Positions 40,007 to 54,632 of a DNA stretch of 64,000 nt are shown piece after piece; the first letter of the stretch is position 1, and every line of letters starts with the position of its first letter. The position numbers and the translations under genes are program-made. Where the stretch lies: the NCBI GenBank assembly GCA_951406725.2, contig OX597835.1, positions 21,080,001 through 21,144,000 on the forward strand. The letters are read 5' to 3'. The notes under the pieces are model-generated. The model was not told the DNA's origin and did not search any database. It saw only the letters and a program-made list of their open reading frames with translations. Source of the stretch: Octopus vulgaris (lineage: Eukaryota).

Positions 40007-40311
40007 GTGGGGGGCGTTATCAATTTGTGAAAATGATGGCAATAACAACAATAACGGTGGTGACAACGATGGGTGACAAGAATAACTACCACGATGGTAA
40101 CACTGGGTGAACACATAAACACAGTGAGATACAGGAACTGTACCAAAGTTTCGGGTCCTTGGACAGTAGCAGCCCAATGGATGAGAGGATGGGGCTGAGT
40201 GGACTGACATAATGTTGCTAAGAACAATTGACACACACACAAGAATACACACACAGACATACATTCATACACACACACACGCACGATCAGGGACGTAAAT
40301 AAGGATACACA

Positions 40312-40600
40312 TCCATTATGACAATTGCAGCCTTTATCTGCTTCTTTAATTATAATTGTGCTATTATTTTCTTGAGTTGAAGCGTAGTAGACTTGTCTGA
40401 TTTGTTAATATTTGGTCTAACATTAGTGTTGCGCCTAAGAGGAAATTTAGACAGGATATCAATGTATTGGTCGATATAGATATTTCTTCCATTTGGTGGG
40501 TGAATTTTGATTTATTCCTTACTACGGATTCACCAATCTCACTATTTTTATCGGCAAAGAATTCGACAAGTCGTAACTTCCGACAGAATTTTTTGAAAGA
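40312..40600 (-). mobile_element. PLE N-terminal/RT-entry fragment
   Basis: KFCRKLRLVEFF...KSKFT and IIIKEADKG (PLE KxADKG motif). Confidence 0.75.
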
Positions 40601-40714
40601 TATATATATATAAATATATAGATGGATAGATAGATAGATGTGTGTGTGTGTGCGCGTGCTTATTTGTGTGTATATATGCATATATTTACGTACACACGTA
40701 CATATATATACATA

Positions 40715-40812
<98 letters not shown>

Positions 40813-41353
40813 TATAAACACATACATACGTGTGTGTGCGTATATATATGTGTGTAACTGTGAATTATATACATGCCTATTTCCATATACATATATTATA
40901 TTCCAAAACGGTATCTTGAAAGAACACCAAAGAAAGGAAATACCAATTTTATATACTATTTTTACGACGGTAGAAGGGAAAAAGAAAAAGTCATAGATAT
41001 ATTCTTTTTATCTAACTTTTTGTCCATCATCAAAGAAAATAAGTAATGAAGAAAATAAATATGGCAAGGAATGGCATTATACTGTGTCAATATATTTTGT
41101 CCTACTTCCTGGAGGAATTCTGGACAGGTCACCGACACATTTTGACTTCGTCTTCCTCTGAGTTAATATAATATACCGCTTGGCACGTAAATGAATATTG
41201 GAAGTACTTTGATGTATTGATTAAGTCAACGTAGTTTAACTTGAGAAAGAATTAATATCCATGTAAGAGTGTAAGCGTATACACACATAAACATATAACC
41301 ATAGGTATAGACAGACAGACGGATAGATAGATAGATGATAGATAGATAGATAA

Positions 41354-41451
<98 letters not shown>

Positions 41452-41761
41452 CGGAAAGCAGATAGGTAGGTATGTATATATCTTGGGACACTCCTGCAGT
41501 TGCGGATTACCGATAATCAGTGGACTTCCCAACATCGATGCCTCCTTCATAAACTAGAATATTTACCTGTTGATTTGTGTTTTATCGTATAACCATTAAT
41601 ATGATCCGCTTAACTTTGATATTCTCCAATCTTAATTGATGATATTTAATGTACATGCATACATAAATACATACATACATACATACATACATACATACAT
41701 ACATACATACATACATACATACATACATACATACATACATACATACATACATACATACATA

Positions 41762-42024
41762 CCCGGTTGCTGAAGTCGAAATTCCAATGAAGGAGCCTTG
41801 GATCTAGGTTAGAAATGCGTGTGTTTGTGTGTGTTCGCCATGATAGATTGCTAGCCACTACACATTGTTTATTTTCTCTCCTTGTTTCTTTCTGTGTTCC
41901 TTTCTGTGGAAGAGCGTAGGCTCGAAACGTTAAAAACTTTTTCATTTCCCGAGCGTTATACTAATACATCTGTTTGTTATCTACACCCCTCGTCTTCGTC
42001 TTTTGTTTAGGTGTGACTTCTCCC

Positions 42025-42025
<1 letters not shown>
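41762..42025 (+). mobile_element. PLE-like end with an HHR-like motif (41900-41938)
   Basis: tttctg-TGGAAGA-gcgtaggctc-GAAAC-GTTA-aaaa; matches 47125-47164; lies between microsatellites. Confidence 0.6.
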
Positions 42026-42073
<48 letters not shown>

Positions 42074-42207
42074 GTGTGTGCGTGTGTATGTATGTATGTA
42101 TGTATGTATATGTAGCAGATGTGGACCTCAGCTCATTTGTTAGTATTTTTTCACATTTACATATATATATATAGCGACGCCCGTACACTTTTTGGTCTTA
42201 TATGTAA

Positions 42208-42250
<43 letters not shown>

Positions 42251-42273
42251 TATATACGTATACATATATATAT

Positions 42274-42341
<68 letters not shown>

Positions 42342-42801
42342 GCTGTGTGGTAAGTATCTTGCTTCACAACTACATGGTTTTGTGTTTCGCCCCATTGCAC
42401 GATAACTTGGACAAGGGTCTTCTACTACCACCCAAAGCCTTGTAGTAAGTATATTTGTTAGACCGAAACAGCAAAATAGTCAGTCGTATATTTATGAACA
42501 TAAATGTGTGTGCGTGTGCGTGACTGCATGTGTGTGTTTGTGCGTGTGTGTTTGCGTATGTGTGTGTGTGTGTGTGTGTTTGTTTTCCTCCATAATCACT
42601 TGGAGTACTAACGTCCCCGATAGAATAAGTACCGGGCTTTAAAAGAAAAAAAAAACTTCTGTGATCAATTCATTTCGACTAAAATGTTTCAAGGCGGTGC
42701 CCCAGTATGGCCGCAGTCTAATGACGGAAACGAGCAAAAGTGAAAAATGTTTATATATACTTCTACATAGACAAGCGTCTATAGATATATACATACATAT
42801 A

Positions 42802-42835
<34 letters not shown>

Positions 42836-43211
42836 CTTTTTATTAAAATTTTATGTATTGATTAAGTCTTTCCTTGTTTGTTTGCAAAATAGTGGTTTTG
42901 TCTCTAATAATATTATATAATATTTTACTATAAAATTGGATTTAATCCTAAATCTGATTTTTTCCCTGTAAATTTGGATTTATTCCCTAATATTTATTAT
43001 TATTATTATTATATTATTATATTATTATATTATTATATTATTATATATATATATATATATATATACAAAAACATACAAATTTCCACACGAAAGCACGTGA
43101 CTTCAAACGTGTCTTCTCTGATGTGAATTTGCTACCCAGGTATCGGTTAACCGAATTATCCATAACAAGATAATTCATTCAACTACTCAAATATATATAT
43201 ATATATATATT

Positions 43212-43400
43212 TTTGCCCACAAGGGGCTGAACATAGAGGGGACAAACAAGGACAAACAGATTAAGTCGATTACATCGACCCCAGTGCGTAACTGGTACTT
43301 AATTTATCGACCCCGAAAGGATGAAAGGCAAAGTCGACCTCGGCGGAATTTGAACTCAGAACGCAGCAGCGGACGAAATGACACAAAGCATTTCGCCCGG
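43212..43400 (-). mobile_element. SINE-C, partial
   Basis: Body match. Confidence 0.85.
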
Positions 43401-43902
43401 CTTGCTCTGTTTATATAGATATTCATTCTTTCTCAATCTAGACCCTTACTTATTCAACTCTATGTGGAAAATATATACACGCATTTCTCAGAAACACACG
43501 CACACATACCTACGAGTGTTTGCGTGTGTGTGTACGTGCGTATGTGTGTGTTTGTGTGTGTGTGTGTTTGTGTGTCTGTGGTGTGTACCTACGCATATGC
43601 ACACGAACATATCTCAATCTTCCTGATTGACGTACAGAAACATTTGTCAATGAATTGAAATTTATCAATTAGGTGCTGAAATAAAGCATAAGCCTAGCAG
43701 CAATTATCACTGACTCTCAAGGCGAAATTTCTAATTAATTATTTCAAAGCGAATTTGATTTTCGTGCGGAGAAGAAAATTCTGGTCTTTGTCAGTGAGCA
43801 GGATGATAGGTATGGATATATTACAATCTTATAATATCTCTCGGTGCAAACTGGTCATGAGATATCTATTCGATCGTTACACAGAGTAGTAAAGAAGTAA
43901 CA

Positions 43903-43945
<43 letters not shown>

Positions 43946-43947
<2 letters not shown>

Positions 43948-44110
43948 CGCAGGAGTGGTTGTGTGGTAAGTAGCTTGCTTACCAACCACATGGTTCCGGG
44001 TTCAGTCCCACTGCGTGGCATCTTGGGCAAGTGTCTTCTGCTTTAGCCCCGGGCCGACCAATGCCTTGTGAGTGGATTTGTTAGACGGAAACTGAAAGAT
44101 GCCTGTCGTA

Positions 44111-44161
<51 letters not shown>

Positions 44162-44387
44162 ATGTATATGTTTGTGTGTCTGTGTTTCTCCCCCTAGCAT
44201 TGCTTGACAACCGATGCTAGTGTGTTTACGTCCCTGTCACCTAGCGGTTCGGCAAAAAAGCCCGATAGAATAAGTACTGGGCTTACAAAGAATAAGTCCC
44301 GGGGTCGATTTGCTCGACTAAAGGCGGTGCTCCAGCATGGCCGCAGTCAAATGACTGAAACAAGTAAATGAGTAGATAAATGAGTAA
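43946..44387 (+). mobile_element. SINE-B, full length, in a TA tract
   Basis: As the other SINE-B copies. Confidence 0.95.
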
Positions 44388-44826
44388 AATATATATATAT
44401 ATATAATTTGCTTAGGTGCAGGCGTAGCTGAGTGAAGATTGACTCTTGTGGTCAGCTGGTTTCAGTTCCTCTCCGTTGTATCTTAGTGAAGGGTGTTCTA
44501 CTATAGTGAGGTGCTGACCAATTATTTAACAGTGGACTTGGTGAACAGAAACTAAATATATTTCTTTACTATCCACAAGGGGCTAAACACAGAGGGGACA
44601 AACAAGGACAGACAAACGGATTAAGTCGATTACATCGACCCCAAATAATAAAGGCTGTGTTCTCAGCGATGAGAACACGTGCGATTCAGCAGTCCAAAGC
44701 TAGTGGTACAAAGGCGCCCAAAAGCTGTCTGCGCTGAGGTGGACGCTTCCATGTGACGTTTCACTTTCAGTAGCAACACGCTGTCAGTGTTCCTCTGAAA
44801 AGGGAGCTGCTGCCCGTGACGTATAA

Positions 44827-45245
44827 CCTATTTCTTTATTACCCACAAGGGGCTAAACACAGAGGGGACAAACAAGGACAGACATAGGTATTAAGTCGAT
44901 TACATCGACTCCAGTGCGTAACTGGTACTTAATTTATCGACCCCGAAAGGATGAAAGGCAAAGTCGACCTCAGCGGAATTTGAACTCACAACGTAACGAC
45001 AGACGAAATACCTATTTCTTTACAACCCACAAGGGGCTAAACACAGAGGGGACAAACAAGGACAGACATAGGTAATAAGTCGATTACATCGATTCCAGTG
45101 CGTAACTGGTACTTAAGTTATCGACCCCGAAAGGATGAAAGGCAAAGTCGACCTCGGCGGAATGTGAACTCAGAACGTAGCGCCAGACGAAATACCGCTA
45201 AGCATTTCGCCCCGTGCCCTAACGTTTCTGCCCGCTCGCCGCCTT
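44827..45245 (-). mobile_element. SINE-C dimer in a single TSD
   Basis: Junction gacgaaatacctatttcttt at ~45002. TSD ccgtga(c/t)gtataacct at 44814-44829 and 45257-45272. Confidence 0.92.
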
Positions 45246-46796
45246 CGGTTGGTTGGCCGTGATGTATAACCTCCATGCTGATCTGTCTGTTAGCATGGAG
45301 TACTGCCGCTCTAAGTTACTTTGCAGGGTATCCATGTATCTCAGTTTAAATATAATGATGCACGCACGTACGCACGCACACACGCACACACAGCATACAC
45401 ACAAAACGCACACACCACGCACAAACACGCACATACACGCATATATATAGGGAGGGACGAGAAAGAAAGAAAAAAGAAAAGGGATAGAGTGAGATAAAAG
45501 AGGAGAGAAGGTAAGGCCAAGAAATGTGATATTTATATAAGAGGTACGTTCACGTGTTTCAGTAAACACGTAGTAGCATTGCAACGTCTGTATTCGGCGT
45601 GTTACACTGCAAATGTATATCTGTATACATATTAAGTTGATCAGCGTCTTTTGCGAACGGAGGCAGAATGAGTCGTAGTAAATAAAGACAGTAACTTGTT
45701 CGAAATTTATTGATCTATATAAGTGTGTGTGTATGTGTGTGCGTGTGTGTGTCTCTGTGATTATGTATATATACAAACAGACATATATGTATATATGTGT
45801 GAATGTATGCATATAGAAATATATCTCAGCGTATATACACACGCACACAAAAAAACATAGATATATATATATATACATATACGTGTGTGTATATATAAGA
45901 ATAAATATATGTATTTATACACATACACATATATGTGTATATACATATATATATATATATATATAGATAGATATATATATATATATATAAACATGTATAA
46001 GTATATATATTTATATGTATATGAACACAAATCTCTGTGTAATATGCTATGTATGTAACCTCGTGCTGTCATGTATATGGGAGCGTATGGCGTATGTGTA
46101 TGACCGCGTGCGTATATATGTCCCTATGTGTTTGTCTGTCTGTGAATATAATTTGTAATACACCCTTAGGATTACAACCACCGATTGCTGACTTATAATT
46201 TATATCTGTTCAAACTATTTTTAACAAACCATCCTCCTGACTTCTATTATTATCGCTTCCCCCCTCTTACGACAATATCGAGTTTTGTTTCTTCAGTCGG
46301 GTTATTTTGAGCATATATAAAGGTGGACATTTTGTCTTAAAATACGGTCTCTATATCGATCGGGGAGTTTTCTTTTTCATTTCTGTATCTCTGTATTTCA
46401 TAAAAACCTTAGACATGTATAATAAAAAGATATTTTCTTGGCTAGATATAAAGTAAACGTATTTTGGCTCAAGTGGAGAGCAAGAAGCAGTAATTGTCTG
46501 AGATAAGTACAATTTCATTCCTCCTTTACTCTACTTAACTTAATCAGCCATGTCTTTATTAGTTAATTTAAGCTATCAGGGTTTCAGGTTTTTCCATGAT
46601 TCTCCATTTGATTGTATGTGGTATGAAACCATACAAAACTAGCCGACTTGGTGGTTTCACTTTTTATCAACATGTCAGAACGAAGACTACTGGTTTTTCT
46701 AATGTCTTCGCATGTTACATAAATCTGACAAATTATTATATACTTGTAGGAAACTACAAGTAAATATTTTCTAAATTGTGTATACTAATTGATATA

Positions 46797-48490
46797 TACT
46801 CTTTTACTCGTTTACTTGTTTCAGTCATTTGACTGCGGCCATGCTGGAGCACCACCTTTAATCGAGCAACTCGACCCCGGGACTTATTCTTTTGTAAGCC
46901 CAGTACTTATTCTATCGATCTCTTTTGCCGAACCGCTAAGTAACGGGGGACATAAACACACCAGCATCGGTTGTCAAGCAATGCTGGTTGACAAACACAG
47001 ACACACAAACAGACACACGCATATATAACGGGAAGCTTTATGAAAATAGACAAAAGACGAAGGCAGGTGGGAAACAAACAAACAATTGTATTAGTATGGC
47101 GCTCAGGAAATATAAATAAAACAAGTCTTTAACGTTTCGAGCCTACGCTCTTCAACAGAAAGATACACAGAGAGAAAAAAAACACAGAAAGAAGGAGAGA
47201 ATAAAAAAGGCGTGCAGTAACCAACGAATCAACATGGCGATCTGATTTCGGCCAGAGGTCAAAGATCAAACATGAGACGCGAGAGCGAAATAAGGGGAGA
47301 TAATAGGGTTGATAATAGGGTTGAATGACCAGCTATTAGTGCGTAGGAGAGGTCTGGACGTGTGTATGTATAGGGTTGGTGTATGTATTAGTATGTATTA
47401 GTATGTATAAGGGTGTGTGTGTGTATGAGAGAGTATTAGTGCGTATGAAAGGTCTGGACGTGCGTATGTATGGGGTTGGTGTATGTATTAGTATGTATTA
47501 GTATGTATTAGTACGTATTAGTATGTATAAGTGTGTGTGTGTGTGTATGAGAGAGTATAAGTGCGTATGATAGGTCTGGACGTGTGTATGTATAGGGTTG
47601 GTGTATGTATTAGTATGTATTAGTATGTATAAGTACGTATTAGTATGTATTAGTTGGTGTATGTATTAGTATGGCACATCATATATGATGTGATATGTAA
47701 AGTCGTGTGGTGTAGTGTGGAGAGAGGAGAAGGGGGAGGGGGAGAAGAGGGGGAGAGGTGGAAGAGGAGAGGAGGGAGGGCAGGGATGGGAGGGCAGGGC
47801 AGGGATGGGAGGGCAGGGCAGGGCAGGGCAGGGGAGGGCAGGGGAGGGCAGGGGAGGGCAGGGGAGGAAGGAGGAAGGAGGACAGAGGGAGAGAGAAGGG
47901 GAGTGAGGGAGCAGAGGGAAGGGGAAGAGGGAAGGAGGGAGGGAGAAAGAGGGAAGAAGGGAAGGGGAGTAGGGGTGAAAGGATGAAGGACTGAAGAAGT
48001 AGGGGTCGGGGGGAAGGATAGGTGAGGAGGGGGAGAGGGGGTTAGATGAGGAGGGGGGAGAGTTGAGACCAAATGGCGTATAAGAGCGAAGAGAGAAGAT
48101 TAATTCCTGTTCACGGCACAAACGGGAATCCGGATGGCCTGTGTAAGGACAAACCGAACACAGATAGGTGTTGCAAGGAGTGACCGGTGGAGCGGAAATG
48201 GCGTGAGACCGGTGTGTCGTTCGCAAGGTGGATGTCACGAAGGTGTTCCACGAACCGGTCAGCCAAGCGGCGTCCCGTTTGTCCGATGTACAAGGAATGG
48301 CAGAGAGAGCCATATATATATATATACGACGGGCTTCTTTCAGTTTCCGTCTACCAAATCCACTCACAAGGCTTTGGTCGGCCCGAGGCTATAATAGAAG
48401 ACACTTGCCCAAGGTGCCACGCAGTGGGACTGAACCCGGAACCATGTGGCTGGTAAACAAGCTATTTACCACACAGCCACTCCTGCGCCT
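46797..48490 (-). mobile_element. SINE-B split in two (46797-47026 and 48313-48490) by a PLE insertion
   Basis: The halves rejoin at the internal TA microsatellite. Confidence 0.9.
47027..48312 (-). mobile_element. 5'-truncated PLE: GIY-YIG endonuclease end, simple-repeat 3' UTR, HHR-like end
   Basis: LYIGQTGRRLADRFVEHLRDI...VSRHF...H...REQELIFSL...PFGLN (48060-48312). Minus strand TTGAAGA-gcgtaggctc-GAAAC-GTTA at 47125-47164. Confidence 0.88.
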
Positions 48491-48689
48491 GTTTCTAACG
48501 CATTTTTAAATAGCTGAATAATTACATTACATCATAGCAAAAAATCTTTTTCATCTGATGGAGTTTCAAACAACAGAAGAACAATCCAGGAACACGGTGA
48601 GAAGAACAACTTGACTCCATCCCGAGTTGGCCTGGAATGATTTAGAATAAGCTGTAATGAACTGACAGTTATCCGTTATTTGTTACTCA

Positions 48690-48960
48690 TTTGCTTATAA
48701 TACACAAAAAGGGATTGCGACCTGTCGGATATCCTGCAGTATTCCAAACACCGTGGGACCAATACAGCATGCGCTTTGGACCAGAGCCTGGGCGATAAAT
48801 ACTTGTAAGTGTTAAATTCTTTGTATGATAACCTGAATATACCATTAGATGTACTTCAGTACCCAGTATATTTATTCGACTAGAGGTGGTGTTTACAAGT
48901 AAATTCGACCCTATCTGCTGCCTATCATTTAAGTACTCGATTCTCGCACGAATCCTTATT
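48690..48960 (-). mobile_element. Possible PLE RT C-terminal relic
   Basis: EYLN...EFT...RINILGTEV resembles IKFT..E...INFLD; heavily decayed. Confidence 0.4.
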
Positions 48961-48982
48961 ACTGTATATATATGTATATATG

Positions 48983-49038
<56 letters not shown>

Positions 49039-49150
49039 CATATATATATATACACATACATATATATATATATATATATACATACATATGCTGCAAAAAG
49101 TGACCGTGCTTTAACAGTAACCTACCAAGTATAAACCATATACATACATA

Positions 49151-49683
<533 letters not shown>

Positions 49684-51162
49684 CCCTGTGTAGAAACTAT
49701 TAATATTTATATTGTAGGATGAGGGGTGATACTGTCTATCATTTAATGAGACGCCAAATAACAGTAAAACATATCAGAACAATATTCTTTTTTTTCTTCT
49801 TTTTTGGCGTGCGAAGAGAAGATGTATTCATTCTTTTTATAAGGAAAATCTTTTAAATTGTAGTCTACAAAACACATCCTAGATATTCCATTACACGTTC
49901 CGAATAAAATCGAGTATTTACTGATGTTGACCTTTGAATCACGAAAGTACGAGATGAAATATAGGTTAGACAATTCAACCAATTTCTAAGTTGGGTTTGT
50001 GACTTATTTAAATAGTAATTGCTATGAACTTTTCTCTTCAGACAGACGAATGATTCCTGCTTCTCAGCTGAACACTGGCCTATCAGCAATGAAATATATC
50101 AGGAAATTCTGTTTTCAGTGCACGTGAACATAGGCTAGTATTTTCAAGCAAAGACACAGTATAACACGCATTTTACAGATATAATTTGTAAGTGAAACGT
50201 AAAAAATATTGTATCAATTATCGTTGTCGTTTACGAATTTTCAGTGATGGAGAATTTGTTTCTTCGTTAGATACCAGCTCTTTCCTTGGAGGATGTGTAC
50301 CAATAATTACAAAAGTAAAAGCAAAGCAAACATACATAGAATCACAAGTACACCCACACACACATACACATACGCACACACACATGCAAATCTGCTAATC
50401 ATTCCTAGTAGATTTTTTAAGTCACTGAAGTGTAAACACATACAGTTAATTATAAATTTTACCATAGGGATGAAATTAATAAACTCACTTTTAACTTTTA
50501 CTACACTTTTGCATTGAACTTATTTTAAAATGATTTTTATATGTTTTGTTACGACAGTGAGAAGTAAACATTGGACATTAATTAGAAGTTTGCCGAATAG
50601 GGTTGGGTGAGCATGAGCAGAATAAGATTATAAACACTAAAGACGTCTGTACGCAAAGAGAGGTACAGACATGCATATATATAAACATAGATGTATGCAC
50701 GCAATCATAGAGCAAGAGTACAGACAGTAAAACTTACATATTAAGACACATACGCAGACAACAGCGCACATATACACAGATATATACACACACGCTCACA
50801 CATGTATGGTTATAGTTTGTAGTTATGAGAAAGAAAACTATATTTGATTTTAGTCAGCAAATATAAAGTGTTTACATATCACTTATAAAACGGTTTAGAC
50901 ACAGATACTCGGGTGGATATGTGCTTGTGTATGCTTATGTTAGTATGAATATACATGTTAGTATGAATATATATGGTAGTATGAATATGAACGTATATAT
51001 AGGCATGTCTATATGTATATAAGTGTGTAACAATGTATATTAAGATGCATAAATATATATTTCTAAATATCTATCACTCAATATATATGTATGTATAAAT
51101 GTATGTTTGCTTGAATATGTATGTCTATCTAACTATCTGTCTATCTATCTATCTATCTACCG

Positions 51163-51209
<47 letters not shown>

Positions 51210-51331
51210 ATCTATCTATCTGTCTATGGCACGTATGAATGTATGCATCTGTCTATCTATCTGTCTGTCTATGTATGTATGTATGTATGTATATATGTAT
51301 GTATGTATCTATCTATCTATCTATTTATCTG

Positions 51332-51375
<44 letters not shown>

Positions 51376-51431
51376 TATTTAACGTGTATTAAGCGCTCAT
51401 ATACATACATATACACATACATATATAAGTT

Positions 51432-51464
<33 letters not shown>

Positions 51465-51624
51465 GTGTGCGTGTGTTTGTGTGTGTTTGAGCGTGTGTGT
51501 ATATATATATGCCTGCGTGTGTGTGTGTATGCATGTCTGTGTGTATGTATATTGGGACAAAGAGACAAAGAGAGAGAGAGAGATACAATTAAACACAGAG
51601 AGATTTACGCAATTACATATATGC

Positions 51625-51677
<53 letters not shown>

Positions 51678-52009
51678 ACCACATATAATCTACACTTTCA
51701 TATATAAATTCACGCACCCACAAATACACCCACCCATATCCTCTCTCTCTCTCTCTCACACACAAACACATACACACAAATGTTTGGCAGCACTGGTACA
51801 TAGGCAGCATGCAATTCAATCATCGGCATGTATCGATTATTAAATAATATAATTCCTCAAATATGCACTCAACAAACACATACAAATGCGTACACAACCA
51901 ACGCACACACATGCACATATCTATACATAAACATATCCATGTAGCAATAAACACGTAAGTATAGATGGTGTATAAGTTTAATAGAATGAGCATACATACT
52001 TTTATATAC

Positions 52010-52055
<46 letters not shown>

Positions 52056-52582
52056 ACATATGGATGTATATATATATGCATGTATAAACGCATGCTCACA
52101 CACGGAAACACATAGACGCACACGTATATATGTATATATGTGTGTATATACACATACACATACACACGCATATGTATGTATGTATGATAGCAAACAGACA
52201 TTTGTAGAAATGCTTAAATGCTTAGACATTTGATGAAATGTGCGTCGTTAAAGAGCTAACAAAATCTTATGTATTCAAGTAAAATATACACACAGAAATT
52301 CATGCACACGCACATACGCACACTCGCACATGCGCACACATATACCGAGTAAAGAGCATGAAACTATACATAAATGCATATTTATTAATATTGAGATTCG
52401 TAAATATACATGCGGCTGTGAATACACATCTTTGTATACGCCATTGCATAAGAATATCTATGTTTATGTTCATATATCTGCATATATATATATATGTTTG
52501 TATATGTATGTATATATCTAAATATATATACCTGTGTGTGTATATATATATATATATATTTACATATATATATATATTTATG

Positions 52583-52652
<70 letters not shown>

Positions 52653-53876
52653 CACACATTTATAGGGAGAGGGAGTGTGTGTGAGAGAGAGAGAGGGTGA
52701 GAGGGTGAGAGAAAGAGAGAGATACGGTGTACTGTTCTGTGATGTTAAGATCAACAAAAATGTATTCCATCTGGTGAAAGTTATATATATATATGTATGT
52801 ATGTATGTGTGTATCTGTGTGTGTGTTTGTGTGTGTGTGTATGTATACATATCTATGTATATATGCGCGTTAAATTTATGAAATGTTTGGAACCAATATT
52901 ATTATTCAAACAAGCGTAATTTAATTGATACCGTGTAAAATCTAAAGTATCATCCATCTAGCTGAATGCCAATAAATACAAAAATGAACAGCAGAGAATG
53001 AGCAATATTTGACAAAGATACTATTACTCTAGCGTTTAGGAAATTAAACGGAGGCGTCCTTATATTCCGAGCGTTAGCTCTGCATCACACAAGAAAGAGA
53101 AATAGAACAGAACTGATATAGAGAGAAAGAGGCAAGTAATAGAGGAAAAAGAAGAGTTGAGCAGGAGTGAAGGGGAGAGAGAGTGAATCTTTTATTCTTT
53201 TACTTATATCAGTCATTAGATTGTGGTCATACTGGGGCACCGCCTTGAATGATTTAGTCGAATAAATTGAGCCTAGTAATTATTTTAAGTCTGGTGCTTA
53301 TTTTAACCGCCAAGTTTATTTCATAAACAACCAACGCTAGATTCAAGCGTTGGGGAACAAGCACAGATACAAAGACAGTAAGGCACACATATATACTACG
53401 ATGGACTTTCACACAGTTTCAATCTACCAAATTCATTCCCAAGGTATTGGTCTCCCTGTGGAGGGTCTGAACCCGAAACCCTGTGGTTAAGAAATAAAAT
53501 TCACAGATTTTTTTCTCATCGTGTTCAAAATTTTTCATTCATTGTTTTCTCATACTTCATATCTCATATGTCGAAATTTTAAACGGTGGCCCCTTGTGTT
53601 TTTTTTTTTTTTTCCTTAAATTTGCATTGCTTAAAAACCTCTTTTCCATCCTTACTTGCTTTTGTTTATACCTCCGATCACCCTCATCTATAATTCGAGT
53701 GGTGAAGTTATTATATCGATCCCAGACTTCAAATGGTACTTATTTTAACGACCGTGTAGAGAACGAAGGCAAAACAACCTCAGCGGAGTTTGAATGCCGA
53801 ACGTAAAGTTGGAAAAATGCCATTAAGCATTTTGTCCGGCTTGCCAACGTTTCTACTAGCTCGCCATTTTACATAT

Positions 53877-54012
53877 CTATATATATAAAACTGAAGTTGT
53901 CTGTTTGTGTGTGTGTGTGTGTGTGTGGCAGGTTTGGTAGCCTTCAACTAACACTATCTCCTCCGGGACCCTGCGTCGCAAGTTGACCAAAATTGAGAGT
54001 ATGATAGAAGAT
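53877..54012 (+). mobile_element. Helitron 5' fragment
   Basis: A|TCtatatatataaaactgaagttgtctg..., similar to the 11396 head. Confidence 0.6.
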
Positions 54013-54630
54013 TCCCATTTGGTGTACGCTGCAGAATGCACAAAACACAACTTAATTTACGCTGGTTGTACAACAGAACAATTAAACAAAAGGTTTAATG
54101 GGCACAGATATTACGTCAGGCACAATGAAAGTAGTTCGACAGAACTTGCTGAACATTTCGTTTCAAGCGGCTGCAATTTTGAAGAAGACTTGAAAGTGCA
54201 TATTCTCAGAAAATATTCTGAATCTACTTTCGCTTTCACTTCTCAGAATGTATGAGGAGAAATATGTTTGCAGGTTATTAACATCACGCCCTGGAGGGAT
54301 AAATAAGATGAGAGGAGAATATCATCAAATTTATACAAAGCTGTTTGATCAAATATTCTTCTTTCTCTCTTTTTCTTCCCTTTTTTCTGTCGTCTTCCTT
54401 TTTCTGTTTTTTTTTCTATCTTTTCGTCTGTTAAAGACTTAAAAACTGATTATGTCATTCCATCAACGTGTTGACGCTACTTCCTCTCGTTCATACTTTA
54501 CGTTTAAATTTCTGAATTTTTATCACTTCTTATTTTGAACTTGACAAAGACAGACATACTGTTGAAATATCGTTCAATAAAATACTTAAAATCGAATCGC
54601 GCTCTTCGTCTTGACTTTTTACCTTTGTGA
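54013..54630 (+). mobile_element. 5'-truncated PLE: GIY-YIG endonuclease plus 3' end with HHR
   Basis: LVYAAECTKHNLIYAGCT...LNKRFNGHR...LAEHF...E..Y..RL.T..PGGIN, with one frameshift. Confidence 0.85.
54535..54577 (+). ncRNA. Minimal hammerhead ribozyme (U3-A8 covariant)
   Basis: ttgaac-TTGACAA-a gacag acata ctgtt-GAAA-t-ATC-gttcaa; perfect 6-bp stem I. Confidence 0.7.
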
Positions 54631-54632
54631 AG

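Noticed and set aside
47650-48072. Pro-rich and Gly/Arg-rich ORFs
   Set aside because: Purine/pyrimidine simple-repeat 3' UTR of the PLE.
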